Shown here piece by piece: positions 13,363-22,751 of a stretch of 64,000 bases of DNA. Each line of letters opens with the position of its first letter. The first letter of the stretch is position 1. The stretch spans positions 2,720,001-2,784,000 of the forward strand of contig OZ244905.1 of the NCBI GenBank assembly GCA_965221695.1, in the 5' to 3' direction. The stretch comes from Gammaproteobacteria bacterium (lineage in GTDB: Bacteria > Pseudomonadota > Gammaproteobacteria > Eutrophobiales > Eutrophobiaceae). Below the pieces are notes generated by a model. That model was given only the letters and a program-made list of their open reading frames with translations, searched no databases and was not told the origin of the DNA. The position numbers were made by a program, and so were the translations under genes.

Positions 13363-14700
13363 ATGCAGGTTAATTCACGCAAATACTTCGGCACCGACGG
13401 CATTCGCGGCAAGGTGGGCGAGGAACCCGTCACGCCCGATTTTGTCATGAAATTGGGCTGGGCTATTGGCAAGGCGCTGCATAAAAACAACGCAGGGCCC
13501 ATTCTTATCGGCAAAGATACTCGGGTGTCCGGTTATATGTTTGAATCGGCGCTGGAAGCGGGACTGTCTGCCGCAGGCGTTGATATTCGCCTGCTTGGCC
13601 CAACGCCGACGCCGGCCGTAGCCTACCTGACAAAAAATACCCGCGCCGAGGCAGGTATAGTGATCAGCGCTTCCCACAACCCCTATTTTGACAATGGCAT
13701 CAAGATCTTTTCCAGAAACGGCAGGAAACTGCCGGATGCTGTCGAATTATTGATAGAAGAGCATCTGGCGAGTTCCATTGAGGTTGTGGAACCGAACAAG
13801 CTGGGCAAGGCGCGCCGGATTACGGACGCGGCGCGCAGGTATATAGAGTACTGCAAAAGCAGGATCGACTGTGACCTGAACGGTATTCGTATGGTGGTCG
13901 ATTGCGCTAACGGCGCAGCCTACAGGATTGCGCCCAAGGTGTTTGAGGAATTGGGCGCCACGGTCAATGCGATAGGTGTGGAACCGGATGGCTTAAATAT
14001 AAACAACGGCTGCGGCGCCACCAAACCGGCAGTTTTGCAACAGACCGTGCTGGAATGCCAGGCGGATGTCGGCATCTCGCTGGATGGTGATGGCGACCGC
14101 TTGATTATGGTCGATCATAAGGGCCAACTGGTGGATGGCGACGAGTTGCTCTACATCATTGCAAATCACCAACGAAAGACGCTCAATGGGGGCGTTGTGG
14201 GCACGCAGATGAGCAACCTGGGACTGGAGCAAGCGCTGAGGGATATGGGATTTGAGTTTTACCGGTCGCAGGTGGGAGACCGATATGTCGCGGAAATGCT
14301 GGATGAAAAAAATCTGACGCTGGGAGGTGAACAATCGGGCCATATCGTAAACAGGAATTTTTCGGATACGGGTGATGGCATCATTTCCGCGCTACAAGTA
14401 TTGAAAGCTATGTTGGACACCGGAGAGAATTTGTGTGCCTTAAAAAGTGGCATGAAAAAATTTCCACAGGCGTTATTGAATATAGTCCTGCGCAAACCTG
14501 TGCGGCTTCAGGATTATCCGGAGATCGACGGCATGGTGAGAGAAGTTGAAAAACAGCTCGATGACCTGGGACGGGTGTTGTTGCGCTGTTCGGGTACCGA
14601 GCCTGTGTTGCGGGTAATGGTGGAAGGCCGGGATGCCGGTAAAGTGCACAAGCTGACGCGCAAACTGGCCGGGGACATTGATGAGTTGATCAGTGGTTAA
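13363..14700 (+). CDS. glmM: Phosphoglucosamine mutase
   Basis: KYFGTDGIRG, ISASHNP, DGDGDR, GGEQSGH, RCSGTEP. Confidence 0.96.
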   Translation: MQVNSRKYFGTDGIRGKVGEEPVTPDFVMKLGWAIGKALHKNNAGPILIGKDTRVSGYMFESALEAGLSAAGVDIRLLGPTPTPAVAYLTKNTRAEAGIVISASHNPYFDNGIKIFSRNGRKLPDAVELLIEEHLASSIEVVEPNKLGKARRITDAARRYIEYCKSRIDCDLNGIRMVVDCANGAAYRIAPKVFEELGATVNAIGVEPDGLNINNGCGATKPAVLQQTVLECQADVGISLDGDGDRLIMVDHKGQLVDGDELLYIIANHQRKTLNGGVVGTQMSNLGLEQALRDMGFEFYRSQVGDRYVAEMLDEKNLTLGGEQSGHIVNRNFSDTGDGIISALQVLKAMLDTGENLCALKSGMKKFPQALLNIVLRKPVRLQDYPEIDGMVREVEKQLDDLGRVLLRCSGTEPVLRVMVEGRDAGKVHKLTRKLAGDIDELISG

Positions 14701-16294
14701 AGAGAACCGGCAGAAACGCATACTGGTAGCCGACAGGATTTCGCCTGAAGGCAAGGAATTCCTTGACGGCCAGGAGAATTTCATCACAGATCATATCACC
14801 GGACTTGATGAGGCCGGGTTATGTGAGAAAATCGGCGCGTACCATGCGGTAATCGTGCGCAGCGCCACGACGATATCGGCGCCAGTCCTGGACGCGGCCG
14901 GCAGGCTTGAAGTAATCGGCAGGGCCGGCATTGGTGTCGATAATATTGACGTCAACCATGCCACGGGCAAAGGCGTTGTGGTGCTCAACACCCCGGACGC
15001 GAACGTAACGACAACGGCGGAACTGACGTTGGCGCATCTTTTTTCCCTGAGTCGAAACCTGCCCCAGGCCGACTCTTCAGTGAAAGCAGGAGAATGGAAG
15101 CGCGCCCGCTTCATGGGTGTGGAACTGAGCGGCAAGACCCTGGGCATCATCGGCTACGGGCATATCGGCAGGATTGTGGCAGCCAAGGCGCTGGCCCTGG
15201 AAATGCTGGTAATCGCCCATGATCCGTTTGTTACCGAAGAAAAGTTTCTCGCCGACGGCGTTACCGGCGTCGGTCTCGATGAACTGCTCAGCGAGGCGGA
15301 TTTTGTCAGCGTGCATTGCCCGTTGAATGACAAGACCCGTAACATCATCAATGCCGACCGGCTCAAGACAATGAAACGCGGCGCGCGGCTGATCAACTGC
15401 GCCCGCGGCGGGCTCGTCGACGAAACCGCGTTATATGAAGCGCTCAAGAGCGGGCAATTGTCCGGCGCGGCGCTGGATGTATTTTCCCGCGAGCCTCCGG
15501 ATGGTTCTCCCCTGTTGGAACTCGATAACGTATTGCTGACGCCGCACCTTGGCGCATCGACCCGGGAAGCACAGGCTGCGGCCGGCATCGAGATAGCACA
15601 GCAGGTCAGCATTTACCTGAAGACCGGTGAACCCATTAACGCGATCAACCTGCCGGCGGTATCATCGGAGGAACTGGTGAAGCTGCAGCCGTACATGGCG
15701 CTGGCGAGACGCCTGGGAAACCTGCTCGGTCTTATGATTCCGGACTCCATACACCGGCTGGAAGTGTCCCTGTTTGGCGAAGCCGCAGAGCGGGACATGA
15801 GCAGCATCGCCACGGAGGGGTTGGTGGGGTTATTGGGTGTCCATATGTCAACCGAGGTAAACCGGGTGAACGCAAAACATATCGCCGAGCAACAGGGTTT
15901 GAGCCTGGTGGAGGCCCGTGGTGGCGAACATCCGGATTACCATTCAGCGGTCAGCCTTTCGGTGCATAACGGTGAAGGCGAAACGCGGGTTGTCGGGACA
16001 CTGTTCCAAAGAAGATACCCGCGCCTGATCAGGATCAACGATTACGAGATAGAAGCCGTGCTGGAAGGACACCTGCTGGTTACCAGGCATAATGATCAAC
16101 CCGGCGTGATCGCCGCCATCAGCAACCTGCTGGCAGGTGAAAAGATCAACATTTCGCGTATGCAACTGGGGATCGTATCCGGCAGCGACAAAGCGGTCGC
16201 GGTGATTGGCGTGTCGACCCCGCTGAACAATGAACTGATGAAGGAACTGGCTCAAATCGAGGCGATAAACAAGGTGATACAGGTCAGCCTGTAA
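14693..16294 (+). CDS. serA: D-3-phosphoglycerate dehydrogenase, long form with intervening and ACT domains
   Basis: GRAGIGVDNID, GIIGYGHIG, INCARGG, TPHLGAST.EAQ and C-terminal HNDQPGVI ACT; 533 aa. Confidence 0.93.
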   Translation: MVKENRQKRILVADRISPEGKEFLDGQENFITDHITGLDEAGLCEKIGAYHAVIVRSATTISAPVLDAAGRLEVIGRAGIGVDNIDVNHATGKGVVVLNTPDANVTTTAELTLAHLFSLSRNLPQADSSVKAGEWKRARFMGVELSGKTLGIIGYGHIGRIVAAKALALEMLVIAHDPFVTEEKFLADGVTGVGLDELLSEADFVSVHCPLNDKTRNIINADRLKTMKRGARLINCARGGLVDETALYEALKSGQLSGAALDVFSREPPDGSPLLELDNVLLTPHLGASTREAQAAAGIEIAQQVSIYLKTGEPINAINLPAVSSEELVKLQPYMALARRLGNLLGLMIPDSIHRLEVSLFGEAAERDMSSIATEGLVGLLGVHMSTEVNRVNAKHIAEQQGLSLVEARGGEHPDYHSAVSLSVHNGEGETRVVGTLFQRRYPRLIRINDYEIEAVLEGHLLVTRHNDQPGVIAAISNLLAGEKINISRMQLGIVSGSDKAVAVIGVSTPLNNELMKELAQIEAINKVIQVSL

Positions 16295-16304
16295 ATTCCC
16301 AATA

Positions 16305-17549
16305 ATGTTAATCAAGGCTTTCAGAGGTTATCGCCCCGACAGGGACAGGGTTGCCAGGGTTGCATCAAGACCGTATGACGTGATCACAACGGAAGAAGCC
16401 AGGGAGGAAGCAGCCGGCAACCCGTATTCCTTCCTGAACATCGTCAAACCGGAGATCGGTTATCCCGCCGGCACAGAACCCGGTGACCCGGAAATGTACC
16501 GTGCCGCGGCGGCAAACTTCCAAGCCTTGGTCGATAGCGGGACATTTGTCCGGGATGAACAGGAATGCCTGTATATCTATGAACTAAGTGTGAACCGGCG
16601 TCCGAGGACGGGCATTGTCGCCGCCGCCGCTGTGGACGATTACCTGGACGGCCGTATCAGGAAACACGAATTGACCCGGTTTGACAAGGAGGCGGACCGG
16701 GCGAACCATATTCGTACAACAATGCTCAACGTGGAGCCGGTGATGTTTGCCTATCGCGATGACCGGCGAATGGGCGATCTTGTAGATTCAATCAAATCGG
16801 GGCAACCGGAGTACGACTTCGTTGACGAGGACTCGGTGCAGCACAGGTTCTGGATCGTCAATGAGCCTGGGACCGTTGCTGCGATTATCCGCGCATTTGC
16901 CGGCATCCCCGCAACTTACGTGGCTGACGGTCACCACCGCACCGCTGCTGCCGCGATCGTCAGCCAGCAACTGGACAGTGAAGGCCAAAAGAGCAATGCG
17001 GATCAGGGACATCATTTCTTTCTGGCTGTACATTTTCCCGACAGCGAACTGGAAATTCTCGATTACAACCGGCTGGTCACCGACCTCAACGCTCTTGAAC
17101 AAGATGAATTCCTGCGCGAGTTGGGGCTGGCGTTCGTAGTTGAGAGGACTGGAGGGCGGCCCGTAAGACCGAAGCAACCCGGCGTCATGGGCATGTACCT
17201 CGCAGGCAGTTGGTACCGCCTGAGCGCGCGGCCCGGTACGTATAATCCCGATGATGTGATGTCGGCGCTGGGCGTCAGCATCCTGTCCGACCTGATCCTG
17301 GCGCCCATACTGGGCATTCACGACCAGAGGACCGACCCGCGCATAATCTATGTCGGTGGCGTGAGCGGCACAGAGAAGCTCCAGGAGAGGGTGGACAGCG
17401 GCGAAATGGCTGTTGCCTTCACTCTGCACCCGGTATCGATACAGGAACTGATGGCCATCGCTGACTCCGGCAGGATTATGCCACCCAAGGCCACCTGGTT
17501 TGAACCGAAACTGCGCAGCGGCCTTGTAGTCTACAGTCTTAAGGACTAA
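16305..17549 (+). CDS. DUF1015 family protein (ParB/Srx-like DGHHR motif)
   Basis: PYDVI, IRKHELT, YVADGHHR and MPPKATWFEPKLRSGL; this family commonly neighbours serA. Confidence 0.85.
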   Translation: MLIKAFRGYRPDRDRVARVASRPYDVITTEEAREEAAGNPYSFLNIVKPEIGYPAGTEPGDPEMYRAAAANFQALVDSGTFVRDEQECLYIYELSVNRRPRTGIVAAAAVDDYLDGRIRKHELTRFDKEADRANHIRTTMLNVEPVMFAYRDDRRMGDLVDSIKSGQPEYDFVDEDSVQHRFWIVNEPGTVAAIIRAFAGIPATYVADGHHRTAAAAIVSQQLDSEGQKSNADQGHHFFLAVHFPDSELEILDYNRLVTDLNALEQDEFLRELGLAFVVERTGGRPVRPKQPGVMGMYLAGSWYRLSARPGTYNPDDVMSALGVSILSDLILAPILGIHDQRTDPRIIYVGGVSGTEKLQERVDSGEMAVAFTLHPVSIQELMAIADSGRIMPPKATWFEPKLRSGLVVYSLKD

Positions 17550-17643
17550 TTCCGCAGCTTTGCCAACCGTTCTATGCGGTTGCCCTGCGCAGCGATGCAG
17601 GGATAATGTGCTGTACCGCATAATCAGCTACAATAACCAGCCC

Positions 17644-17730
17644 GGAGAGGTGCCAGAGTGGTTGAATGGGGCAGACTCGAAATCTGTTGTACGCGTCAGC
17701 GTACCGTGGGTTCGAATCCCACCCTCTCCG
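17644..17730 (+). tRNA. tRNA-Ser (anticodon CGA), CCA not encoded
   Basis: Acceptor stem GGAGAGG/CCTCTCC, anticodon arm GCAGA-CTCGAAA-TCTGT, long variable arm, T-loop GGTTCGAATCC. Confidence 0.95.
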
Positions 17731-18087
17731 TAACATTCATGCCACAGGCGCATCTGGCGCCTGTGGCATGAATGTTGATGCAATGGGGTTCGAACCCACG
17801 GTAATTAAATACGGGTTCGACAAATTCGCTGGGAGCGAATTTGAACAGCGTAGCTGGCCCCGGAGGGGCAAACTACATGGATGTAGTTTGTAATCCCACC
17901 CTCTCCGTAACATTCATGGCACAGGCGCTTCTGTCGCCTGTGCCATGAATGTTGATGCAATGGGGTTCGAACCCACGGTAATTAAATACGGGTTCGACAA
18001 ATTCGCTGGGAGCGAATTTGAACAGCGTAGCTGGCCCCGGAGGGGCAAACTACATGGATGTAGTTTGTAATCCCACCCTCTCCGCCA
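17715..18087 (+). repeat. Two 177-bp tandem tRNA-linked repeats, each closed by a copy of the tRNA 3' end (rtT-like)
   Basis: AATCCCACCCTCTCCG recurs at 17715, 17892 and 18069 (period 177); the units are near-identical. Confidence 0.92.
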
Positions 18088-18088
18088 T

Positions 18089-19279
18089 CTAATAGTCCGG
18101 TAAAGTCCGGAGTCTTCCAAGCGCTTCAATGAAATGTGCTAGTGACAGGATGGTTGTGTCCTGGCTGCCGGGGAATGTATCTTCGCCAGTGTAAACAACA
18201 AATTTCTGTTTTACCTTTAAGTCTTCACAGGCCATGTGAAAGCCTTTTTTCAAGGTTGGAGTTCGGCTTGCTTTGATCTCAACGGCCCAGTATTCATCAA
18301 GACCAAACTCAATTACCAAATCAATTTCTGCCCCAGCAGATGTGCGATAGAAAAACGGATGAGCGCTTGAAGGTAAGGCGTTAATAATGGTCTCAATGAC
18401 AAACCCCTCCCAGCTTTTTCCGAATATAGGATGCCCCAACAAAGCTTCATAATTCGGAATTTGCAGCAAGGCATGCACAAGACCGCTATCGCGTACATAG
18501 GTACGTGGTGATTTCACCAGCCGTTTTTTGACGTTCCCATGCCAAGGCTCTAGCCTGCGAACCAATAACAAATCAACCATGAGGTCCAGATATCGACTAA
18601 CGGTGACACTCTCTACGCCAAGAGAGCTTGCGAGTTTTGACGCGTTCAGTAGTTCACCTTGTGTATGGGCAAGCATGGTCCAAAAGCGCATCAAGGTCGT
18701 TGCTGGAATTCTTGGTCCTAGCTGAGGGATGTCTCGTTCCAGATAGGTGCGAATAAAATTCTGCCGCCACTGGTGACTGGCCGCATCATCTTCAGCGGCA
18801 TAGCTGTCGGGAAACCCACCACGTATCCAGAGCTTTTGTAAGGGCTCTCCGGATGTTTCTTCAATTTCAAAAAGGTTTAAGCCAGTCAGTTCAGAGTAAT
18901 GAATGCGGCCAGCAAGGCTCTCAGAGCTTTGTTTTAGCAACTCATTGGTTGCCGATCCTAAAACAAGAAAGCGTCCGTTTCCGCGCCCCTCACGACGTCT
19001 GGCATCAATGATTCCGCGCAGTGACATAAACAAATCAGGGTAGCGTTGGACCTCATCGAGAATGACCAGCTTATCTGCATGTAGTTCTAGATAGTGGGCA
19101 GGGTCTTTGAGCTTTTGGAAATCCTCTGGGTTCTCGAGATCCAAATAAACAGATGGTTGCCCTTTGGCGATCTCATGGGCAAGCGTTGTCTTGCCAATCT
19201 GGCGCGGGCCAAGAATGGCAACAGCCGGATTTTGACTGAGACTTTTGATGATTTTCTGTGTAAGCTCTCTTTCATACAT
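18089..19279 (-). CDS. AAA+ ATPase of AAA_14/DUF4143 type with C-terminal nuclease-like motif
   Basis: GPRQIGKT, VILDEVQ, LGSA, ESLAGR, GGFP, KSPRTY..DSG and EIDLV...AVEIK; visibly more AT-rich than the flanks. Confidence 0.88.
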   Translation of the reverse strand: MYERELTQKIIKSLSQNPAVAILGPRQIGKTTLAHEIAKGQPSVYLDLENPEDFQKLKDPAHYLELHADKLVILDEVQRYPDLFMSLRGIIDARRREGRGNGRFLVLGSATNELLKQSSESLAGRIHYSELTGLNLFEIEETSGEPLQKLWIRGGFPDSYAAEDDAASHQWRQNFIRTYLERDIPQLGPRIPATTLMRFWTMLAHTQGELLNASKLASSLGVESVTVSRYLDLMVDLLLVRRLEPWHGNVKKRLVKSPRTYVRDSGLVHALLQIPNYEALLGHPIFGKSWEGFVIETIINALPSSAHPFFYRTSAGAEIDLVIEFGLDEYWAVEIKASRTPTLKKGFHMACEDLKVKQKFVVYTGEDTFPGSQDTTILSLAHFIEALGRLRTLPDY

Positions 19280-19659
19280 GCTAGCAATACTAACACAAAA
19301 TATTAAATATGCAAGGTAAATGTTTTTGTGGTGATCTGTTTCCAATGAAGGCAAAGCGGGATTAGAACCCGCGATACGGTACCGTGTTCACAACAAAAAC
19401 CGGCGCTTGGCGAGGAAGGTGTACAGGCGGGTGGTGAACAAGTCGCCGGTACGGCGAACTTTGCGAGGCACAAACCTCTTATCACCCAATGTAATTCGGT
19501 TTGTATAGTCCGCAACATCCGTAATTGGTTTTGAAAATCCTGTGTCTATGGACAACCCCCCCATACTTGATTAGCATAAGTCATAAGGAGGACCTATCGT
19601 GAACGTTGATTTCGTGACAAAGCGCCAGTCTGACAATCTCATGCAAATGCCGACCATCC

Positions 19660-20067
19660 ATGTCCAGGATTCGTTGTTATAGTATCGGTCGAGACCCCTC
19701 CGCATCCATCGTACTGCGTCATGAGACGGTGTCGCGCAGGCATGCAGAGTTGATTCCCGTATCCGGCGGGCAGGTATACGTCACGGATTGCGCCAGCGCC
19801 TGCGGGACTTTCATCGATAAGGGCAGGCGCTGGGAGAGGCTTACCCAGGATTTCGTCGGCGCAGGCGGCAGGGTGCGTTTCGGCGAGGTTGAGGTCAGCG
19901 TGCAGAGTCTGCTGGCGGACATTGCCCGCTTGCCTGCCGGCGGTGGAACGGGTCCCGGCGGTTCGGCGGAGCCCGGCGGTACCCCAGGCGCCGATAAGAA
20001 GAAACATGTGGATGCCGGCCGCGGGGTCATGCGCGACCCGGAAACGGGCGAGCCGATTCCCATGTAA
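19660..20067 (+). CDS. Small FHA-domain protein
   Basis: SIGRD...VSRRHAEL...DCASACGTF FHA signature, then a Gly/Pro linker and an RDPETGEPI tail. Confidence 0.82.
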   Translation: MSRIRCYSIGRDPSASIVLRHETVSRRHAELIPVSGGQVYVTDCASACGTFIDKGRRWERLTQDFVGAGGRVRFGEVEVSVQSLLADIARLPAGGGTGPGGSAEPGGTPGADKKKHVDAGRGVMRDPETGEPIPM

Positions 20068-20082
20068 TCGGACAGACAGACC

Positions 20083-20856
20083 ATGAACCAGAGAATGAGG
20101 ATATTCATAGGGGCGCTGGGCGCGGGCGTGATCTTCATCGGCCTGCTCAGCCTGTTTTTCTCCGAAGGTTTCTTCGCCGACTTCCTGCTGGACCGGAATT
20201 CGAAGTTCATGCCCTACCCGGTCACGATACAGAATATCATGTGGCTGGTGTTCTTCATCGGGGCGGGAGAATTGCTGTCGCGCTACCTGCAGACGGACCG
20301 GGAAATCAGCCAGATCCGCCTGGGACTGTTGCCGGAGGACAGCACAACCCTATTGCGCAAGCAAGATCTGGGCGGCGTGTACCAGCGCGTCAAGGAAACC
20401 ATGCACCCGGCGCCGGGCGCTGCGGAGGATTCCTATTTCCTGCAACGCCTGCTGTCCCGTTGTATCCTGCAGTTCCAGGTCAGCGGCGCCATTGATAAGG
20501 CAAACAACATGTTCAACTCCAGCCTGGAGTTGTTCCAGCACGAGGTCGAGCTGAGGTACAATGCCATTCGCTATATCGTCTGGCTGATCCCGACCCTGGG
20601 GTTCATCGGCACCGTGGTCGGCATCGCGCTGGCGCTCAGCAACGCCGGCAGCGTCGACAACTTCCAGGACCCCACCTTGCTGAAACAGCTTACCCAGAGT
20701 CTCGGCGTAGCGTTCTTTACCACCTTGCTGGCCTTGCTGCAATCCGCGGCGCTGATGTTCGCGCTGCATGTCGTACAAGGACAGGAGGAAGCGTCGCTGA
20801 ACCGGATAGGGCAGTATTGCCTGGATAACCTGATTAACCGGTTGTACGAGACTTGA
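20083..20856 (+). CDS. MotA/TolQ/ExbB-family ion-channel (motor) subunit
   Basis: About 4 TM segments; IPTLGFIGTVVGI and LGVAFFTTLLAL match the ExbB/TolQ channel helices. Confidence 0.88.
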   Translation: MNQRMRIFIGALGAGVIFIGLLSLFFSEGFFADFLLDRNSKFMPYPVTIQNIMWLVFFIGAGELLSRYLQTDREISQIRLGLLPEDSTTLLRKQDLGGVYQRVKETMHPAPGAAEDSYFLQRLLSRCILQFQVSGAIDKANNMFNSSLELFQHEVELRYNAIRYIVWLIPTLGFIGTVVGIALALSNAGSVDNFQDPTLLKQLTQSLGVAFFTTLLALLQSAALMFALHVVQGQEEASLNRIGQYCLDNLINRLYET

Positions 20857-21098
20857 TGGGGGTCGCCTGCGCGAGACAAATCGGCAGGACAGCCGATTTG
20901 CGCAGCGACTGCTGCCCGCAGGGTTGTATCCAGGGAAGGATGCAATGAGTGACGGAAGGAGAGAGGAATGACGGGTGGGTTCAAGAATGACGGTTAAGGG
21001 GCGAAGGGAGGTGTCGGCAAGTGGGTGTCGGCAAGTTGAACGCAGGGTGGTTTTCTGTTAAATTTTCATCAACCGCAACACCAGAAGGGGAGGACATC

Positions 21099-21758
21099 AT
21101 GCCGGTAAAACGCGATGCGGACGGGAACATCATAAAGGAACAGACAAGAACTACCGGAGTGGGTGATCCGGTGTTGCCGACCTTGGGGCGCTCCACTGTC
21201 GGCGCCACGGTCGGCCCCGGCAGGTCTCCCGAGACCAACCCCGGCCAGTCATCGGGTTATGAGGCCCAGACGGTGCTGGCAGGTTCGCCCCGTGTCGCGG
21301 AAGGGGAAGCCAGGACCCGGATCTACCGGCCCGGCAGGACGGGGCGGCAACAGCCGGAGACACCGGCTCCAGGTACGGGCGCTGAGGACGCGACGTCCTC
21401 TGCCATGGACGACCCGCCCGTAGGCTGGCTGGTCGTCGTCAGTGGGCCGGGACAGGGGAACTACATGGCCGTCGGCAACGGTTCGAATTCAGTCGGACGC
21501 GATGAGCGCGAGCGAGTGCGCGTGGATTTCGGTGACGAGTTGATCTCCCGCAGCGACCATTCAACGATCACCTACGATCCCAGGGGTAAGAAGTTTTACC
21601 TGCAGCACGGCGCCGGAAAAAACCTCACTTACCTGGAAGGCAAACCTGTCCTGGCGCCGACCGAACTGCCCGGGTTTTCCCGGATCACGATTGGGAACAC
21701 CGAATTGCTGTTCATCCCGCTCTGTTGCGATCAGTTTGACTGGGACGACTACACGTAA
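21099..21758 (+). CDS. FHA-domain protein with disordered Thr-rich N-terminus
   Basis: PVGWLVVVSGPGQG...NSVGRD...ISRSDH...KNLTYL; GGAGG RBS before ATG 21099. Confidence 0.85.
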   Translation: MPVKRDADGNIIKEQTRTTGVGDPVLPTLGRSTVGATVGPGRSPETNPGQSSGYEAQTVLAGSPRVAEGEARTRIYRPGRTGRQQPETPAPGTGAEDATSSAMDDPPVGWLVVVSGPGQGNYMAVGNGSNSVGRDERERVRVDFGDELISRSDHSTITYDPRGKKFYLQHGAGKNLTYLEGKPVLAPTELPGFSRITIGNTELLFIPLCCDQFDWDDYT

Positions 21759-21767
21759 CAGGTCGTT

Positions 21768-22751
21768 ATGAATGCCCTCAAGCAGTGGGTGTCGGGAGAG
21801 CAGATCCAGGGAGACCGAAATTACCAGGAAGACTATTTCTCGCTCAGCCTGCTTTCCCAGGGCCGGGAACCTCCGGATGAAGACTGCCTGCTGCTCGTGC
21901 TGGCCGACGGCATGGGCGGACATGCCGGCGGCGCCGTTGCCAGCGAGACGGTAGTCAAGGCATTCCAGGAGGGCTTCAACCGCGATGCAACCGGGATCGC
22001 AGAGCGTTTCAGCGCCGGCATCGACACCGCCAACAACGCCGTCAGGGAAAAACAACAGGCCGATCCGGAACTGTCCGAGATGGGTTGCACCCTGGTGGCC
22101 GCGCTGGTGGTCGGGTCGACCCTTTACTGGACCAGCGTCGGCGATTCCATACTGTGGCTGTGCCGGCAGGGACATTTGCAGAGATTGAATGCGGACCATT
22201 CCATGAAACCGCTGTTGCTGGACCTGGTCGAATTGGGCAGGATGACCGAAGAAGAGGCGCTGAGCGATTACCGGATCAACCAGCTACGCTCGGCCATTTT
22301 CGGCGAGGAGGTTCAGCTGATTGACATGAACGCGGACGGTTTCCAACTGGAGAGTGGTGATCTCGTTTTACTGGCCAGCGACGGCCTGGAAACCCTGTCC
22401 GGGCAAAGCATGACAGATGTCATCGAGGCCCGCGCGGACGATGCCGATGAGATAGTGAACGCCCTGCTTGACGCAGTTGCCATGGCGGGGGTGCGCGGGC
22501 AGGACAATACTACGGCGCTGGCGTACCGGGTCGGCCAGGGGCATGATTCACTGCACGGCGTACTGGCGGGCATCAGCACAGATGACAAGGATGCCGTATT
22601 CGAGCAGCAAGTGAAACCCTCCCGAACCTGCGAGTTGCGCCCGGCACAGGAACAGGAAGCGCCGGCAAAGCGGCCCGGCATCTTCGCCCGAGCCATACAT
22701 GCCTTCTCCGGTAGACCGGCGCGTCAAGACACTCGTGACGGGAAGCAATGA
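21768..22751 (+). CDS. PP2C/PPM-family Ser/Thr protein phosphatase
   Basis: RNYQED, VLADGMGGHAGG, VGDS, DHS, LASDGL and GQDNTT motifs. Confidence 0.93.
   Translation: MNALKQWVSGEQIQGDRNYQEDYFSLSLLSQGREPPDEDCLLLVLADGMGGHAGGAVASETVVKAFQEGFNRDATGIAERFSAGIDTANNAVREKQQADPELSEMGCTLVAALVVGSTLYWTSVGDSILWLCRQGHLQRLNADHSMKPLLLDLVELGRMTEEEALSDYRINQLRSAIFGEEVQLIDMNADGFQLESGDLVLLASDGLETLSGQSMTDVIEARADDADEIVNALLDAVAMAGVRGQDNTTALAYRVGQGHDSLHGVLAGISTDDKDAVFEQQVKPSRTCELRPAQEQEAPAKRPGIFARAIHAFSGRPARQDTRDGKQ

Noticed and set aside
17715-18087. CRISPR array interpretation of the repeats after the tRNA
   Set aside because: The intervening sequences are near-identical rather than unique spacers, the period is 177 bp, and no cas genes are present.
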